Shown here: piece by piece, positions 12,148 to 24,359 of the stretch
Numbering within the stretch: position 1 is the first letter of the stretch
Layout of the letters: each line of letters opens with the position of its first letter
Assembly: GCF_964213995.1 (NCBI RefSeq)
Contig: NC_135815.1
Span: 75,392,001 to 75,456,000, forward strand
Reading direction: 5' to 3'
DNA: 64,000 bases
Origin: Mustelus asterias
Lineage: Eukaryota
Notes under the pieces: generated by a model
Databases searched by the model: none
Seen by the model: only the letters and a program-made list of their open reading frames with translations
What the model was told of the DNA's origin: nothing
Program-made: the position numbers and the translations under genes

Positions 12148-13094
12148 GGTTTGATTTGATTTATTATTGTCACATGTATTAACATACAGTGAAAAGTATT
12201 GTTTTTGCGCGCTATACAGACGAGGCATACTGTTCATAGAGAAGGAAACGAGAGAGTGCAGAATGTAGTGTTACAGTCACAGCTAGGGTGTAGAGAAAGA
12301 TCAACTTAATGCGAGGTAGGTCCTTTCAAAGTCTGACAGAAGCAGGGAAGAAGCTGTTCTTGAATCGGTTGGCATGTGACCTCAGACTTTTGTATCTTTT
12401 TCCCAACTGAAGAAGGTGGAAGAGAGAATGTCCGGGGTGCGTGGGTCCTTAATTATGCTGGCTGCTTTGTCGAGGCAACGGGAAGTGTAAAGTCAATGGA
12501 TGGGAGGCTGGTTTGCGTAATGGATTGGGCTACATTCACAATGTTTTGTAGTTCCTTGCGATCTTGGGCAGAGCAGGAGCCATACCAAGCTGTGATACAA
12601 CCAGAAAGAATGCTTTCTATGGTGCATCTGTAAAGGTTGGTAAGAGTTGTAGCTGACATGCCAAATTTCCTTAGTCTTCTGAGAAAGTAGAGGTGTTGGT
12701 GGGCTTTCTTAACTATAGTGTCAGCATGGGGGGACCAGGACAGGTTGTAGGTGATCTGGATACCTAAACACTTGAAGCTCCTGACCTTTTCTACTTCGTC
12801 CCCGTTGGTGTACATAGGGGCATGTTCTCCTTTACGCGTCCTAAAGTCGATGACAATCTCCTTCATTTTGTTGACATTGAGGGAGAAATTATTGTTGCTG
12901 CATCAGTTCACCAGATTCTCTATCTCATTCCTGTACTCTGTCTCGTCATTGTTTGAGATCCGACCCACTCCGGCGGTGTTGTCAGCAAACTTGAAAATCG
13001 AACTGGAGGGGAATTTGGCCACACAGTTATAGGTGTATAAGGAGTATAATAGAGGGCTGAGAACACAGCCTTGTGGGGCACCGGTGTTGAGGAT
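12148..13094 (-). mobile_element. Rex1/Babar-type LINE, 5'-truncated (RT domain and 3' UTR)
   Basis: ILNTGAPQGCVLSPLLYSLYT...FKFADNT and KKAHQHLYFLRRLRKFG motifs, (AAATC)n-type tail, possible TSD TGGTT. Other 3' ends of the same family at ~25178-25420 and ~34365-34600. Confidence 0.85.
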
Positions 13095-13149
13095 GGTTAA
13101 GCCAACATGTCTGCTGTGAGCATGACATTTAAATAATACTTGCCTTAAT

Positions 13150-13700
13150 GTGGAACCAAGAGGTACAGGATGCTCTTGCCCTCTCCACATTAAGGCTACA
13201 GGCCACTACTTTTGGGTTAAGCAGCATTTCACTTGCACTTCCTTCAATTTTGGCTACTGTATTCACTGCTCCCAATGTGGTCCCCTCTACACTGGGGAAA
13301 CTAAACGCAGACTGGGTGACGTCTTTGCAGAGCACCTTTGCCCAGTCTGCAAGCATGATCCCTGCCTTCCTGTTGCTTGTCATTTTAAGTCAACACCTTG
13401 CTCTCATGTCCATCCTTGGCCCACTGCAATGCTCCAGTGGAGGAACAGCATCTCATCTTCTGATTATGCGCAGTCCAGCCCTCAAGACTCAACACTGAGT
13501 TCACGAATTTTAGACTGTAACCTTTCTCCTCCATCTTAAAACCTTTAACAAAATCCCTTACATTTATTGTCTCAATGCAATAACCCTCCCCCCCCCCCCC
13601 CCCCACACCAGGCCATCTGTCTTTTTTTTAAAGATTGTTGCAATCTCTCCCAGCTTCAGTTTAATATCTAACACATTTCTCCTGAACGTTAACTCTGATT
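13150..13700 (+). mobile_element. Degenerate PLE GIY-YIG endonuclease fragment (a different, older family)
   Basis: FTCTSFNFGYCIHCSQCGPLYTGETKRRLGDVFAEHL...LPVACHF. Confidence 0.75.
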
Positions 13701-13719
13701 TTAACCTAACATCTATCAT

Positions 13720-15005
13720 AGGGACAATGCTAAAGTCCACTATTAAAGGACATTATAAATATCAGGACATCTAGAAAATCATAATACAATCCGAGTGAAC
13801 ATGGTTTTGTGAAAGGGAAATCGTGTTTAACTAATTTATTAGAGTTCTTTCAGGGAGTAGCAAACAGATTTGATAAACGGAAAGTGTTGGATTTTCAACA
13901 GGCATTCGATAAGGTGCCATATCAAAGGTTGCTACACCAAATAAGAGCTCATGATGTAGGGGATAATATATTAGCATACATGAAGGATTGATTAGATAAC
14001 AGATAGCAGAGAGTTGAGATAAATGGGTCATTTTCAGGTTAGCAAGCTGTACCTAGTGACGTGCCACAGGGATCGGTGCTTGGTCCTCAACTATTTACAA
14101 TCTAATGACTTGGATGAATGGACCAGAAGAATGGTAGCTAGATAATGACACATAGGTAGGAAAGTAAGTTGATAAAGAGAACTAAAGAGTCTACAAAGGG
14201 ATATAGTTCAGTTAAGTGAGTGGACAAACATTTGTCAGATTGCATAGGAAAATGTGAACTGTCCACTTTGGAAGAATAGAAAAGCAGCATAATATTTAAA
14301 TGGAGAGAGACTGAAGAACTCTTAGCTAGAGGGATCTGGAGTGCCCTGATGATACATGAATCTTGAAAAGTTAGCATGCAATAAATGATCAGGAAGGCAG
14401 ATGGAATGTTGCAGTTTATTTCCAAGGAGAGTAGAATATAAAAGTAGGGTAATGTTGCTTTAGCTGTACAGGGCCCTGGTGAGATTCCATCTGGAGTACT
14501 GTGTAAAATTTTTGGTCTCTTCACTTAAAGGATTATAATTGCATTAGAAGCAGTCCAAGAAGGTTCACTCAACTGATTCCTTGGATAAAAGGTTATCTTA
14601 TGAGGAAAAGTTCAGCAGGTCGGGCCTATACCCATTGACATTTAGACGAGATGTGATCAATTCTGTGATATAAAATCCTGAGAGGACTTGGCAGGGTGGA
14701 TGCTTCAAGCATGTTTCACCTTGAAGGGGAGTCTAGAACTAGAGGACACCATTTTAAAAAATAGAGGTATCCCATTTAAGACAAAGGTGTGGAGAACCTT
14801 TTTTATAGGGTTGTTAATCTGTGGAATACTATTTCCCAGAGAGTTGAAGGTTGGGTCATTGAATATATTCAATGCTGAGTTAAATGGATGTTTGTTCAAT
14901 AAGAAAGTCGAGGGTTATGCAGGGCAGACAAAGTGTAGTTAAGGCCCCAATCAGATCAGCCACAATCTTATCAAATGGCTTAGTCCTGCTCCTAGTTTTT
15001 GTGTT
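13720..15005 (+). mobile_element. Degenerate CR1 LINE, RT domain to 3' end
   Basis: KGKSCLTNLLEFF, DFQQAFDKVPY and VPQGSVLGPQLF motifs, with many stops and frameshifts. Confidence 0.85.
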
Positions 15006-15556
15006 CTCTCCTGACACTCATGCCCCCAACAATCTCTCCACTCCCACCCACAATCTCTGTGTCACCCATTGTCTCTCATCCCACCCCCACACCCCCAACA
15101 TTTTCGGCTCCATCAGCACTAGACCTATCTGTCTTGTAGCTGCAACCTAGTGCCACAGGAGTTGCCATCTGATTGGCCACCAGTTTGCCAGTCTGGCTGG
15201 CTCCAAGGCAAGAAAAGGAAGGAAAAAATTAAAACATGCTTTGGAATTAAAATGCCGCACCATTCAGTGAACCCAACCTTCAAAGTTTCCCAACCATAAA
15301 TCCTTCCTCCCATTTCAAACTCATGCCTTGGTAAATGTTAAATGTGCCAAGAATGAGAAACTTGAATCTATTTTAGCAGTTTGCAATATAATGTGACTGA
15401 TGACAGTCCAGAAATTGACTCTTCTCAGTCTAATATACATTTTCAATTCCTGTGAAATTTACTTTATTTTATACCACCACTCTTAAACATATGTATAATT
15501 CAGATCTATGCACAGAATTGCATTGAACTGGACTGCTTAATATTCTATTCTCTGGT

Positions 15557-17816
15557 CATAGAGTCAGAGAGGTTTACAGCATGGAAACAGGCCCTTCGGC
15601 CCAACTTGTCCATGCCGCCCTTTTTTTTTAAGAAATCCCAAAGCTAATCCCAATTGCCCGCATTTGGCCCATATCCCTCTATACCCATTGTACCCATGTA
15701 ACTATCTAAATGCTTTTTAAAAGACAAAATTGTACCTGCCTCTACTACCACCTCTGGCAGCTTGTTCCAGACACTCTCCACCCTCTGTGAAAAAATTGCC
15801 CCTCTGGACACTTTTGTATCTCTCCCCTCAAACCTATGCCCTCTAGTTTTAGACTCCCCTACCTTTGGGAAAAGATATTGACTATCTAGCTGATCTGTGC
15901 CCCTCATTATTTTATAGACCTCTATAAGATCACCCCTCAGCCTCCTGTGCTCCAGAGAAAAAAGTCCCAGTCTATCCAGCCTCTCCTTATAACTCAATCC
16001 ACCAAGTCCGGGTAGCATCCTAGCAAATCTTTTCTGCACTCTTTCTAGTTTAATAATATCCTTTCTATAATAGGGTGACCAGAATTGCACACAGTATTCC
16101 AAGTGTGGCCTTACCAATGTCTTGTACAACTTTAACAAGACATCCCAACTCCAGTATTCAATGTTCTGACCAATGAAACCAAGCATGCCGAATGCCTTCT
16201 TCACCACTCTGTCCACCTGTGACTCCACTTTCAAGGAGCTATGAATCTGTACTCCTAGATCTCTTTGTTCTGTAACTCTCCCCAACGCCCTACCATTAAC
16301 TGAGTAAGTCCTGCCCTGGTTCAATCTACCAAAATGCATCACCTCGCATTTGTCTAAATTAAACTCCATCTGCCATTCGTCAGCCCACTGGCCCAATTGA
16401 TCAAGATCCCATTGTAATTGGAGATAACTTTCTTTGCTGTCCGCTCTGACACCAATCTTCGTGTCATCTGCAAACTTACTAACCATGCCTCCTATATTCT
16501 CATCCAAATCATTAATATAAATGACAAATAACAGTGGACCCAGCACTGATCCCTAAGGCACACCGCTGGTCACAGGCCTCCAGTTTGAAAAACAATTCTC
16601 TACAACCACCCTCTGGCTTCTGTCACGAAGCTAATTTTGTATCCATTTAGATACCTCGCCCTGGATCCTGTGAGATTTAACCTTATGCAACAACCTACCA
16701 TGCGGTACCTTGTCAAAGGCCTTGCTGAAGTCCATGTAGACAACATCAACTGTACTGCCCTCATCTACCTTCTTGGTTACCCCTTCAAAAAACTCAATCA
16801 AATTTGTGAGACATGATTTTCCACTCACAAAGCCATGCTGACTGTCCCTAATCAGTCCTTGCATCTATAAATGCCTGCAGATCCTGTCTCTCAAAATACC
16901 TTCCAACAATTTACCCACCACAGATGTGAGGCTCACTGGCCTGTAGTTCCCAGGCTTTTCCCTGCAGCCCTTTTTAAACAAAGGCACAACATTTGCCACT
17001 CACCAATCTTCAGGCACCTCACCCGTGACTATCGATGATTCAAATATCTCTGCTAGGGGACTCGCAATTTCCTCCCTAGCCTCCCATAATGTCCTGGGAT
17101 ACACTTCATCAGGTCCCAGGGATTTATCTACCTTGATGCGCATTAAGGCTTCCAGCACCTCCTTCTCTGTAATATGTACACTCCTCAAGACATCACTATT
17201 TAGTTCCCCAAGTTCCCTAACATCCATGCTTTTCTCAACAGTAAATACTGATGAGAAATATTCATTTAGGATCTCACCCATCTCTTGTGGATCCGCACAT
17301 AGATGACCTTGTTGATCCTTAAGAGGCCCTACTCTCTCCCTTGTTACTCTTTTGCCCTTTATGTATTTGTAGAAGCTCTTTGGATTCTCCTTTGCCTTAT
17401 CTGCCAAAACAATCTCATGTCTCCTTTTGCCCCCTGATTTCTCTCTTAACTCTACTCCTACACCCCCTATACTCTTCAAGAGATTCACTTGATCCCAGCT
17501 GCCTATGCACGTCATGTGCCTCTTTCTTCTTCTTGACCAGGACCTCAATATCCCGAGTCATCCAGGGTTCCCGACTTCTGCCAGCCTTGCCCTTCACTCT
17601 AAGAGGAATGTGTTTACCCTGAACCCTGGTTAACACACTTTTGAAAGCGTGCCACTTACCAGACATCCCTTTGCCTTCCCACAGACTCCCCCAATTAACT
17701 ATTGAAAGTTTCTGCCTGATACCATCAAATTTGGCCTTGCCCCAATTTAGAATTTTAACTTTTGGGCCAGACCTATCATTCTCCATAGCTATCTTAAAAC
17801 CAATAGAATTATGGTC
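15557..17816 (-). mobile_element. CR1 LINE ORF2, 3' part (outer element of a nested pair)
   Basis: ORFs 15644-16546, 16631-16864 and 17000-17786 contain SQHGFVSGKSCLTNL, DFSKAFDKVPH, KFADDTK and LVRPHLEYCVQFWSP. The 3' end carries the CR1 terminal motif and a CTCTATG-type repeat. Confidence 0.95.
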
Positions 17817-20800
17817 CCAGGCCGTGGAGAGGTCTGGGAAGGTTTTTTTTCTTTAAAAGTTACTTACCTTAGAGGATCGACCTCATTGTTCCACCGGAGC
17901 AAGCAGAGAGGGAGCGATTCATGTCAGGAGTGCTGAGGGTAAGAGATTGATTTTTTTTTAACCTTACTTTTTAGCGGAGTTTTTTTTTCAGTTAAACAGG
18001 AAACCAGAAGTAGGCCGCTGAGAGGCCTGGAAAGGTTTTTTGCCCAATAAATTTGAACGGGGAGGAAACCCGAGACTCTACACGTGTAGAGCCTCCCACC
18101 CTCCACCCTTCTCTAACCTAAAAAAAAGACTCGAGTGAGAGCAGGTAAGCTTTTTTTTTCTCTCTTTCGTTTCTTGGTAAAGGAAATTAGCAGGGATGTC
18201 AGTGCAGGCGGTGCAACGTTCCTCCTGCGGGATGTTTGAGGTGAGGGATACCAGTGTCCCGGCTGAGTACACCTGCAGGAAGTGCACCCAATTCCAGCTC
18301 CTTGAAGACCGTGTTAGGGATCTGGAGCTGGAACTGGATAAACTCAGGATCATTCGGGAGGCAGAGGCAGCTATAGATAGAAGCTACAGGGAGGTAGCTA
18401 CTCCTAGAAATGCTGATACGTGGGTGACGGCTAGAGGGGGTAAGAAGCAGTCAGAGCAGCGATCCCCTGGATCTCCTGTTTCTCTGTATAACAGGTATTC
18501 TGTTTTGGATACTGTTGGGGGGGGGGGGGAGGCAGGGGGGAACTTAACAGGGGTAAGCCATGGGGTACAGGTCTCTGGCACAGAGTCTGTCCTTGTTGCT
18601 CAGAAGGGAAGGGGGGGAGGAGTAGAGCATTAGTTATTGGGGACTCCATAGTTAGGGGGATAGATAGGAGATTCTGTGGGAACGAGAGGGACTCGCGGCT
18701 GGTGTGTTGCCTCCCAGGTGCCAGGGTCCATGATGTCTCGGATCGTGTTTTCGGGATCCTTAAGGGGGAGGGGGACCAGCCCCAAGTCGTGGTTCACATA
18801 GGCACCCAAGACATAGGTAGGAAAAGGGATGGGGATGTAAGGCAGAAATTCAGGGAGTTAGGGTGGAAGCTTAGGGCTAGAACAAACAGAGTTGTTATCT
18901 CTGGTTTGTTACCCGTGCCACGTGATAGTGAGGAGAGGAATAGGGAGAGAGAGCAATTGAACACGTGGCTACAGGGATGGTGCAGGAGGGAGGGATTCAG
19001 ATACCTGGACAATTGGGGCTCATTCTGGGGTAGGTGGGACCTCTACAAACGGGATGGTCTACACCTGAACCCGAGGGGTACCAATATCCTGGGGGGGAAA
19101 TTTGCTAATGCTCTTCGGGAGGGTTTAAACTAATTCAGCAGGAGGATGGGAACCTGAATTGTAGCTCCAGTGTACAGGAGGTTGAGAGTAGTGAGGTCAT
19201 GGATAAGGTTTCAACGTCGCAGGAGTGTACTGGCAGGCAGGAAGGTGGTTTGAAGTGTGTATACTTCAACGCCAGGAGCATCCGGAATAAGGTAGGTGAA
19301 CTTGCAGCATGGTTTGGTACCTGGGACTTCGATGTTGTGGCCATCTCGGAGACATGGATAGAGCAGGGACAGGAATGGTTGTTGCAGGTTCCGGGGTTTA
19401 GATGTTTCAGTAAGAGCAGGGAAGGTGGTAAAAGAGGTGGAGGTGTGGTATTGTTAGTCAAGGACAGTATTACGGTGGCAGAAAGGATGTTTGATGAGGA
19501 CTCGTCTATTGAAGTAGTATGGGCTGAGGTTCGAAACAGGAAAGGAGAGGTCACCCTGTTGGGAGTTTTCTACAGGCCTCCGAAAAGTTCCAGAGATGTA
19601 GAGGAAAGGATTGCAAAGATGATTCTGGATAGGAGTGAAAGTAACAGGGTAGTTGTTATGGGGGACTTCAACTTTACAAATATTGACTGGAAAAGCTATA
19701 GTTCGAGTACTTTAGATGGGTCAGTTTTTGTCCAATGTGTGCAGGAGGGTTTCCTGACACAGTATGTAGATAGGCCAAGAGGCGAGGCCACATTGGATTT
19801 GGTACTGGGTAATGAACCAGACCAGGTGTTAGATTTGGAGGTAGGTGAGCACTTTGGTGATAGTGACCACAATTCGGTTACGTTTACTTTAGCGATGGAA
19901 AGAGATAGGTATATACCGAAGGGCAAGAGTTATTGCTGGGGGAAAGGAAATTATGATGCGATTAGGTGAGATTTAGGATGCATAGGTTGGGGAAGGAAAT
20001 TGCAGGGGATGGGCACAATAGATAAGCTGCAGAGCTGGGCTGAGAGGTAGCAAATGGAGTTTAATGCGGAAAAGTGTGAGGTGATTCACTTTGGACGGAG
20101 TAACAGGAATATAGAGTACTGGGCTAATGGTAAGATACTTGGTAGTGTGGATGAACAGAGAGATCTCGGTGTCCATGTGCATAGATCCCTGACAGTGGCA
20201 CCCAGGTTGATAGGGTTGTTAAGAAGGCGTACCTCTTTATTGGTGGAGGGATTGAGTTTCGGAGCCATGAGGTCATGTTGCAGCTGTACAAAACTCTGGT
20301 GCGGCCGCACTTGGAGTATTGCGTACAGTTCTGGTCGCCGCATTATAGGAAGGATGTGGAAGCATTGGAAAGGGTGCAGAGGAGATTTACCAGGATGTTG
20401 CCTGGTATGGTGGGAAGGTCTTCTGAGGAAAGGCTGAGGGACTTGAGGTTGTTTTCGTTAGAGAGAAGGTTAAAAGGTGACTTAATAGAGGCATACAAGA
20501 TGATCAGAGGATTAGATAGGGTGGATAGTGAGAGACTTTTTTCCTCGAATGGTGATAGCTCGCACGAGGGGACGTAGCTTTAAATTGAGGGGTGATAGAT
20601 ATAGGACAGATGTCAGAGGTAGGTTCTTTACTCAGAGTAGTAAGGGCGTGGAATGCCCTGCCTGCAGCAGTAGTGGGCTTGCCAACATTAAGGGCATTTA
20701 AATGGTCATTGGATAAACATATGGATGATATTGGAATAGTGTAGGTTAGTTGGGCTTTTGATTGGTTTCACTGGTCGGCGCAACATTGAGGGCCGAAGGG

Positions 20801-20830
20801 CCTGTACTGCGCTGTAATGTTCTATGTTCT
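17817..20830 (+). mobile_element. CR1 LINE with 5' UTR, ORF1 (zinc finger, leucine zipper, SGNH esterase), APE endonuclease and an internally deleted RT
   Basis: ORF1 in two frames: SSCGMFEV...YTCRKCTQFQLLEDRVRDLELELDKL, then VIGDS, VHIGTQD and DGLHLNPRG (GDSL/SGNH blocks). ORF2 has YFNARSIRNK, VAISETW, GDFN and SDHNSV. It then jumps at ~20020 to QMEFNAEKCEVIHFG and ends in (TGTTCTA)2. Confidence 0.95.
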
Positions 20831-21405
20831 AAAGCGATCCCTCACTAACACTTCTGTCACCTGCCCTTCCTTATTTCCCAAGAGGAGGTCAAGTTTTGCC
20901 CCCTCTCTAGTCGGGCCATCCACATACTATGAGAAATTCCTCCTGAATACACTCAACAAATTTCTCTCCATCCAACCCTCTAATACTATGGCTGTCCCAG
21001 TCAATGTTGGGAAAGTTAAAATCTCTGACTATTACCACCCTATTTTTCTTGGAGCTATGTGTAATCTCCTTCCATATTTGCTCCTCAATTTCTCGCCGAC
21101 TATTTGGCGGCCTATAGTACAACCCTATCAAAGTGATTTCCCCCTTCTTATTTCTCAGTTCTACCCAGATAGACTCAGTGGCCGAACCCTCGGATATATC
21201 CCCTCTCAGTACGGCCATGATGCTTTCCCTAATCAAAAATGCAACTCCCCCTCCTCTCTTACCTCCTGTTCTATCTTTCCTTTCGCATCTGTATCCTGGA
21301 ACATTGAGCTGCCAGTCCTGTCCCTACCGTAGCCGTGTTTCAGTACTTGCTATAATATCCCAGTCCCATGTACACATCCATGCACTGAGTTCATCTGCTT
21401 TGCCC
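20831..21405 (-). mobile_element. CR1 LINE ORF2, 5' part (APE domain of the outer element that continues at 17816)
   Basis: GKADELSAW, IASTET, ESIWVELRNKKG, YYRPPNS and DFNFPNIDW motifs. Ends at GQVTEVLVRDRF and resumes with DHNSIGFKIAMEND below 17816. Confidence 0.9.
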
Positions 21406-23361
21406 TGGTCTGGAATTTCTGATCCAAGTATTACATTGATGAGCACTGCACTGATCATAGAAACATAGGATTTAGGAACAGGAGCAGACCATTCGGTCCT
21501 CAAAGTCTGTTCTGCCATTCAATAGGAACCTCTGCTGATCTTATTTCACTTTCCTGTCCAACTCCTAAAACACTTGACTCCTTTTATCTACCAAAAATCT
21601 GTCACAAATAAATTCAATACCACAGCCTCCACTGCTCTCTGGGGAAGTACATGTCCATTACTAATGACCCTCAAAGAAAAAAAATCTCATCTCAGTCTTA
21701 AACTCTCATTCTTGAACTGTGTCCCCTAGTTCTGATCTCCCCTACAAGTGAAAACATCCTCCTGATCAAATCCCCTCAAGATCTTATGGGCAGAATTTTA
21801 CATGTACTAGACAGGCAAGTGACTGACCTGGAAGCATGTGAAATAGCATGTGATGACATTGGACGCGCATCCTGACATCACCATACACTCACAGAGCAGA
21901 GGTGTGGATCAGCATGTGCCCTCCGACAATTATGCAGCCACTTGAAGGGATTTTCTCCCAATATATTACTTTGCCTGGGCAATTTTAAGCTTGTTGCACA
22001 GACAACACATGTAGGCTGACCAACCCTCTGCGCATGGGTCAGCTCAATTTGCATACCTGCAGATGGGTATAGTATGCTCAGCAGGGAGGACATGGTACAA
22101 AGGCCTGGTGCTCACAGGTATCACCCTTAGGCAGACACACAGGTTGATCAAGGTCTCAGTCCCGTCCCCAAATCTACCCAAATAAACAGGAGTGGAAAAA
22201 GCTGACCAGTGTCGTTCCAGAATTTATTTGCACTTTGAAGGATTAAATGGCCCTGAGATTCACTAGGTTCTGCTGATGTACAGTTCTAATTTGGGCAGAA
22301 CCTTGGCTAAACTCCGAGAGCATTTTTAGTTGTTTTCTCTGAGAGCTCTACAGATTTTTCTACTGGAGCTACAGCAATAGGTCAGGAGAACACCTGCAGA
22401 AATTCAGAGCACATTCTCTAAACAGGTAGTCTAGAGTCTGTGGTACACCTTAGAATTCACATTTTTAAATGCAAATTTTATTTTGTTCGGTGTCTGGTTA
22501 CATTTGTTTAAAATAATCGCTGAAGGAATATTTCAATATTTGAAGGCACGGAGTTGTTCATTTTGATTTTTGCAGTTTCTAGCAATCATAATTCAACAAT
22601 GCAATTTCTTAGAAACCTAACAGATTCAACTGTAATAAAATATACCTGAGCTATTCACATTGTGGTAAGCTTTGTGGTTTTTTAATTCATATGCAGGATG
22701 TGGTTGCTGGCAAGGCCAGCATTTCATGCCCATCCCAAGTTGCCCTTGAAAAAGTGGCAGTGAACCACTGCAGTCCATCTGGTGTAGGTACACCAGAATG
22801 TTGTTTGGGAGGGAGTACCAGGATTTTAATCCAGTGATAGTGAAGGAATGGCAACATATTTCCAAGTGAGGAGTAACTTGGAGAGGAACTTGCAGGTGGT
22901 AGTGTTCCAGGTGTCTGCTGCCCGTGTTCTTCTAGATGTTGGTGGTCATGAGATTGGAAAATGCTGTCTAAGGAGGCTTGGTGAGTTCCTGCAGTGCAAC
23001 TTGTAGATAGTACCAGCATTGTGCACTGTTCCCTGGTGGTGGAGGGAGTGAATGTTTTGTGGAAGGGGTGCCAATCGAGCAGACAGCTTTTGTCTTGGAT
23101 AGTTTCAATCTTCCTGAGTGTTGTTTGAGCTGCACTCAACCAGGCAAGTGGAGAGTATTCCATCACACTCCTGACTTGTGCCTTGTAGATGGTGGACAGG
23201 CTTTAGAGAGACAGGAGGTGAGTTACTCACCACAGGATTCCTAGCCTCTGAGCTGCAGTAGCCACAGTATTTATATGACTCATCCCATTCAGTTTCTAGT
23301 CAATGGTGACTCACTCACGGGATGTTGATATGGGGGATTCAGTGATGGTTAGATTCTCTCT

Positions 23362-23665
23362 TAGAATCCCTAGTGCAGAAAAAGGCCATTCAGCCTATTG
23401 AGTCTGCAACAACAACAATCCCACCCAGGTCCTATCCCCCATAACCCCACGTATTTACCCTACCAATCCCCTGACACTAAGGGGCAATTTAGCATGGCCA
23501 ATGAACCTAACCTGCAAATCTTTAAAGTGTGAGAGGAAGCCAGAGGAAACCCACGCAGACACATGGAGAATGTACAAACTCCACACAGTTACCCAAGGCC
23601 AAGATTGAAACTGGGTCCCTGGCACTGAGGCAGCAGTGCTAACCACTATGCCACCGTGCCACTCC
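23362..23665 (-). mobile_element. HE1-type tRNA-derived SINE with CR1-like 3' tail
   Basis: Minus strand begins GGCACGGTGGCATAGTGGTTAGCACTGCTGCC. The tail GGCTGAATGGCCT...CTGCACTAGGGATTCT resembles CR1 ends. Partial copies at ~30588-30780 (-), ~48360-48550 (-) and ~50835-51020 (+). Confidence 0.85.
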
Positions 23666-23925
23666 AAATTAGTTTCACGATCATCCTCAGCTTTTCAATT
23701 TCAGCTTTCATTTTAATTTTACCATCTGCCATGGTGGGATTTGAACCCAGATCCCTGGAGCATTTCATTGGGTCTCTAGATTACTAGTCCAATAACAATA
23801 CCACTATGCCACCACCTCCCTGAGTTCTCTTGTTCGAGATGTCATTGCCTGGTACTTATGCGGCATGGATGTTACTTGCCACTTGTTAGCCCAACCCTGG
23901 ATATTGCCCTGGTATGCTGTATTTG

Positions 23926-24073
23926 TGATGTGGAGATGCCGGCGTTGGACTGGGGTAAGCACAGTAAGAAGTCTCTCAACACCAGGTTAAAGTCCAACAG
24001 GTCCGAAAGCTTATGGTATTTGCTACCAAATAAACCTGTTGGACTTTAACCTGGTGTTGTGAGACTTCTTACT
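23926..24073. mobile_element. 148-bp miniature PLE hairpin insertion
   Basis: Same 37-nt tail as 10871 (one mismatch), 40-nt inverted arms (23963-24002 / 24034-24073, one mismatch), 12-bp TSD ATGCTGTATTTG (23914-23925 / 24074-24085). Confidence 0.92.
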
Positions 24074-24359
24074 ATGCTGTATTTGGACATGGACTGCTTC
24101 AGTATCTGAGGAGACATAAATGGTGTTGAACATTGTGTAATCATCACTGAACATTGCCACCTCTGACCTTATGATGGAGGGAAAGTCATTGTCCATCCAT
24201 GCATGCCAACTGTCTTTATATTGACAGGGAACTTTACAGAATTTGTGAGGTAGATTTTCAATTTGCTATCCAGGCTGTGAAACTGAAATCAATGGGAATA
24301 CAAAATCAAGGAGTTTATATAACAAGCGAATGACATTTCAAATGCATCCCATTTACTCC

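Larger units (their letters stand above)
22688..24190 (-). mobile_element. LINE 3' region (CR1/L2/Crack-group) interrupted by SINEs and a mini-PLE
   Basis: MEYSPLAWLSAAQTTLRKIETIQDK and SWYSLPNN motifs. The 3' end GGGCAACTTGGGATGGGCATGAAATGCTGGCC is shared with 27390 and 54450. Confidence 0.75.

Noticed and set aside
18640-19133. Host or horizontally acquired GDSL/SGNH esterase gene
   Set aside because: It is the known esterase domain of CR1 ORF1, directly followed by the APE of ORF2.
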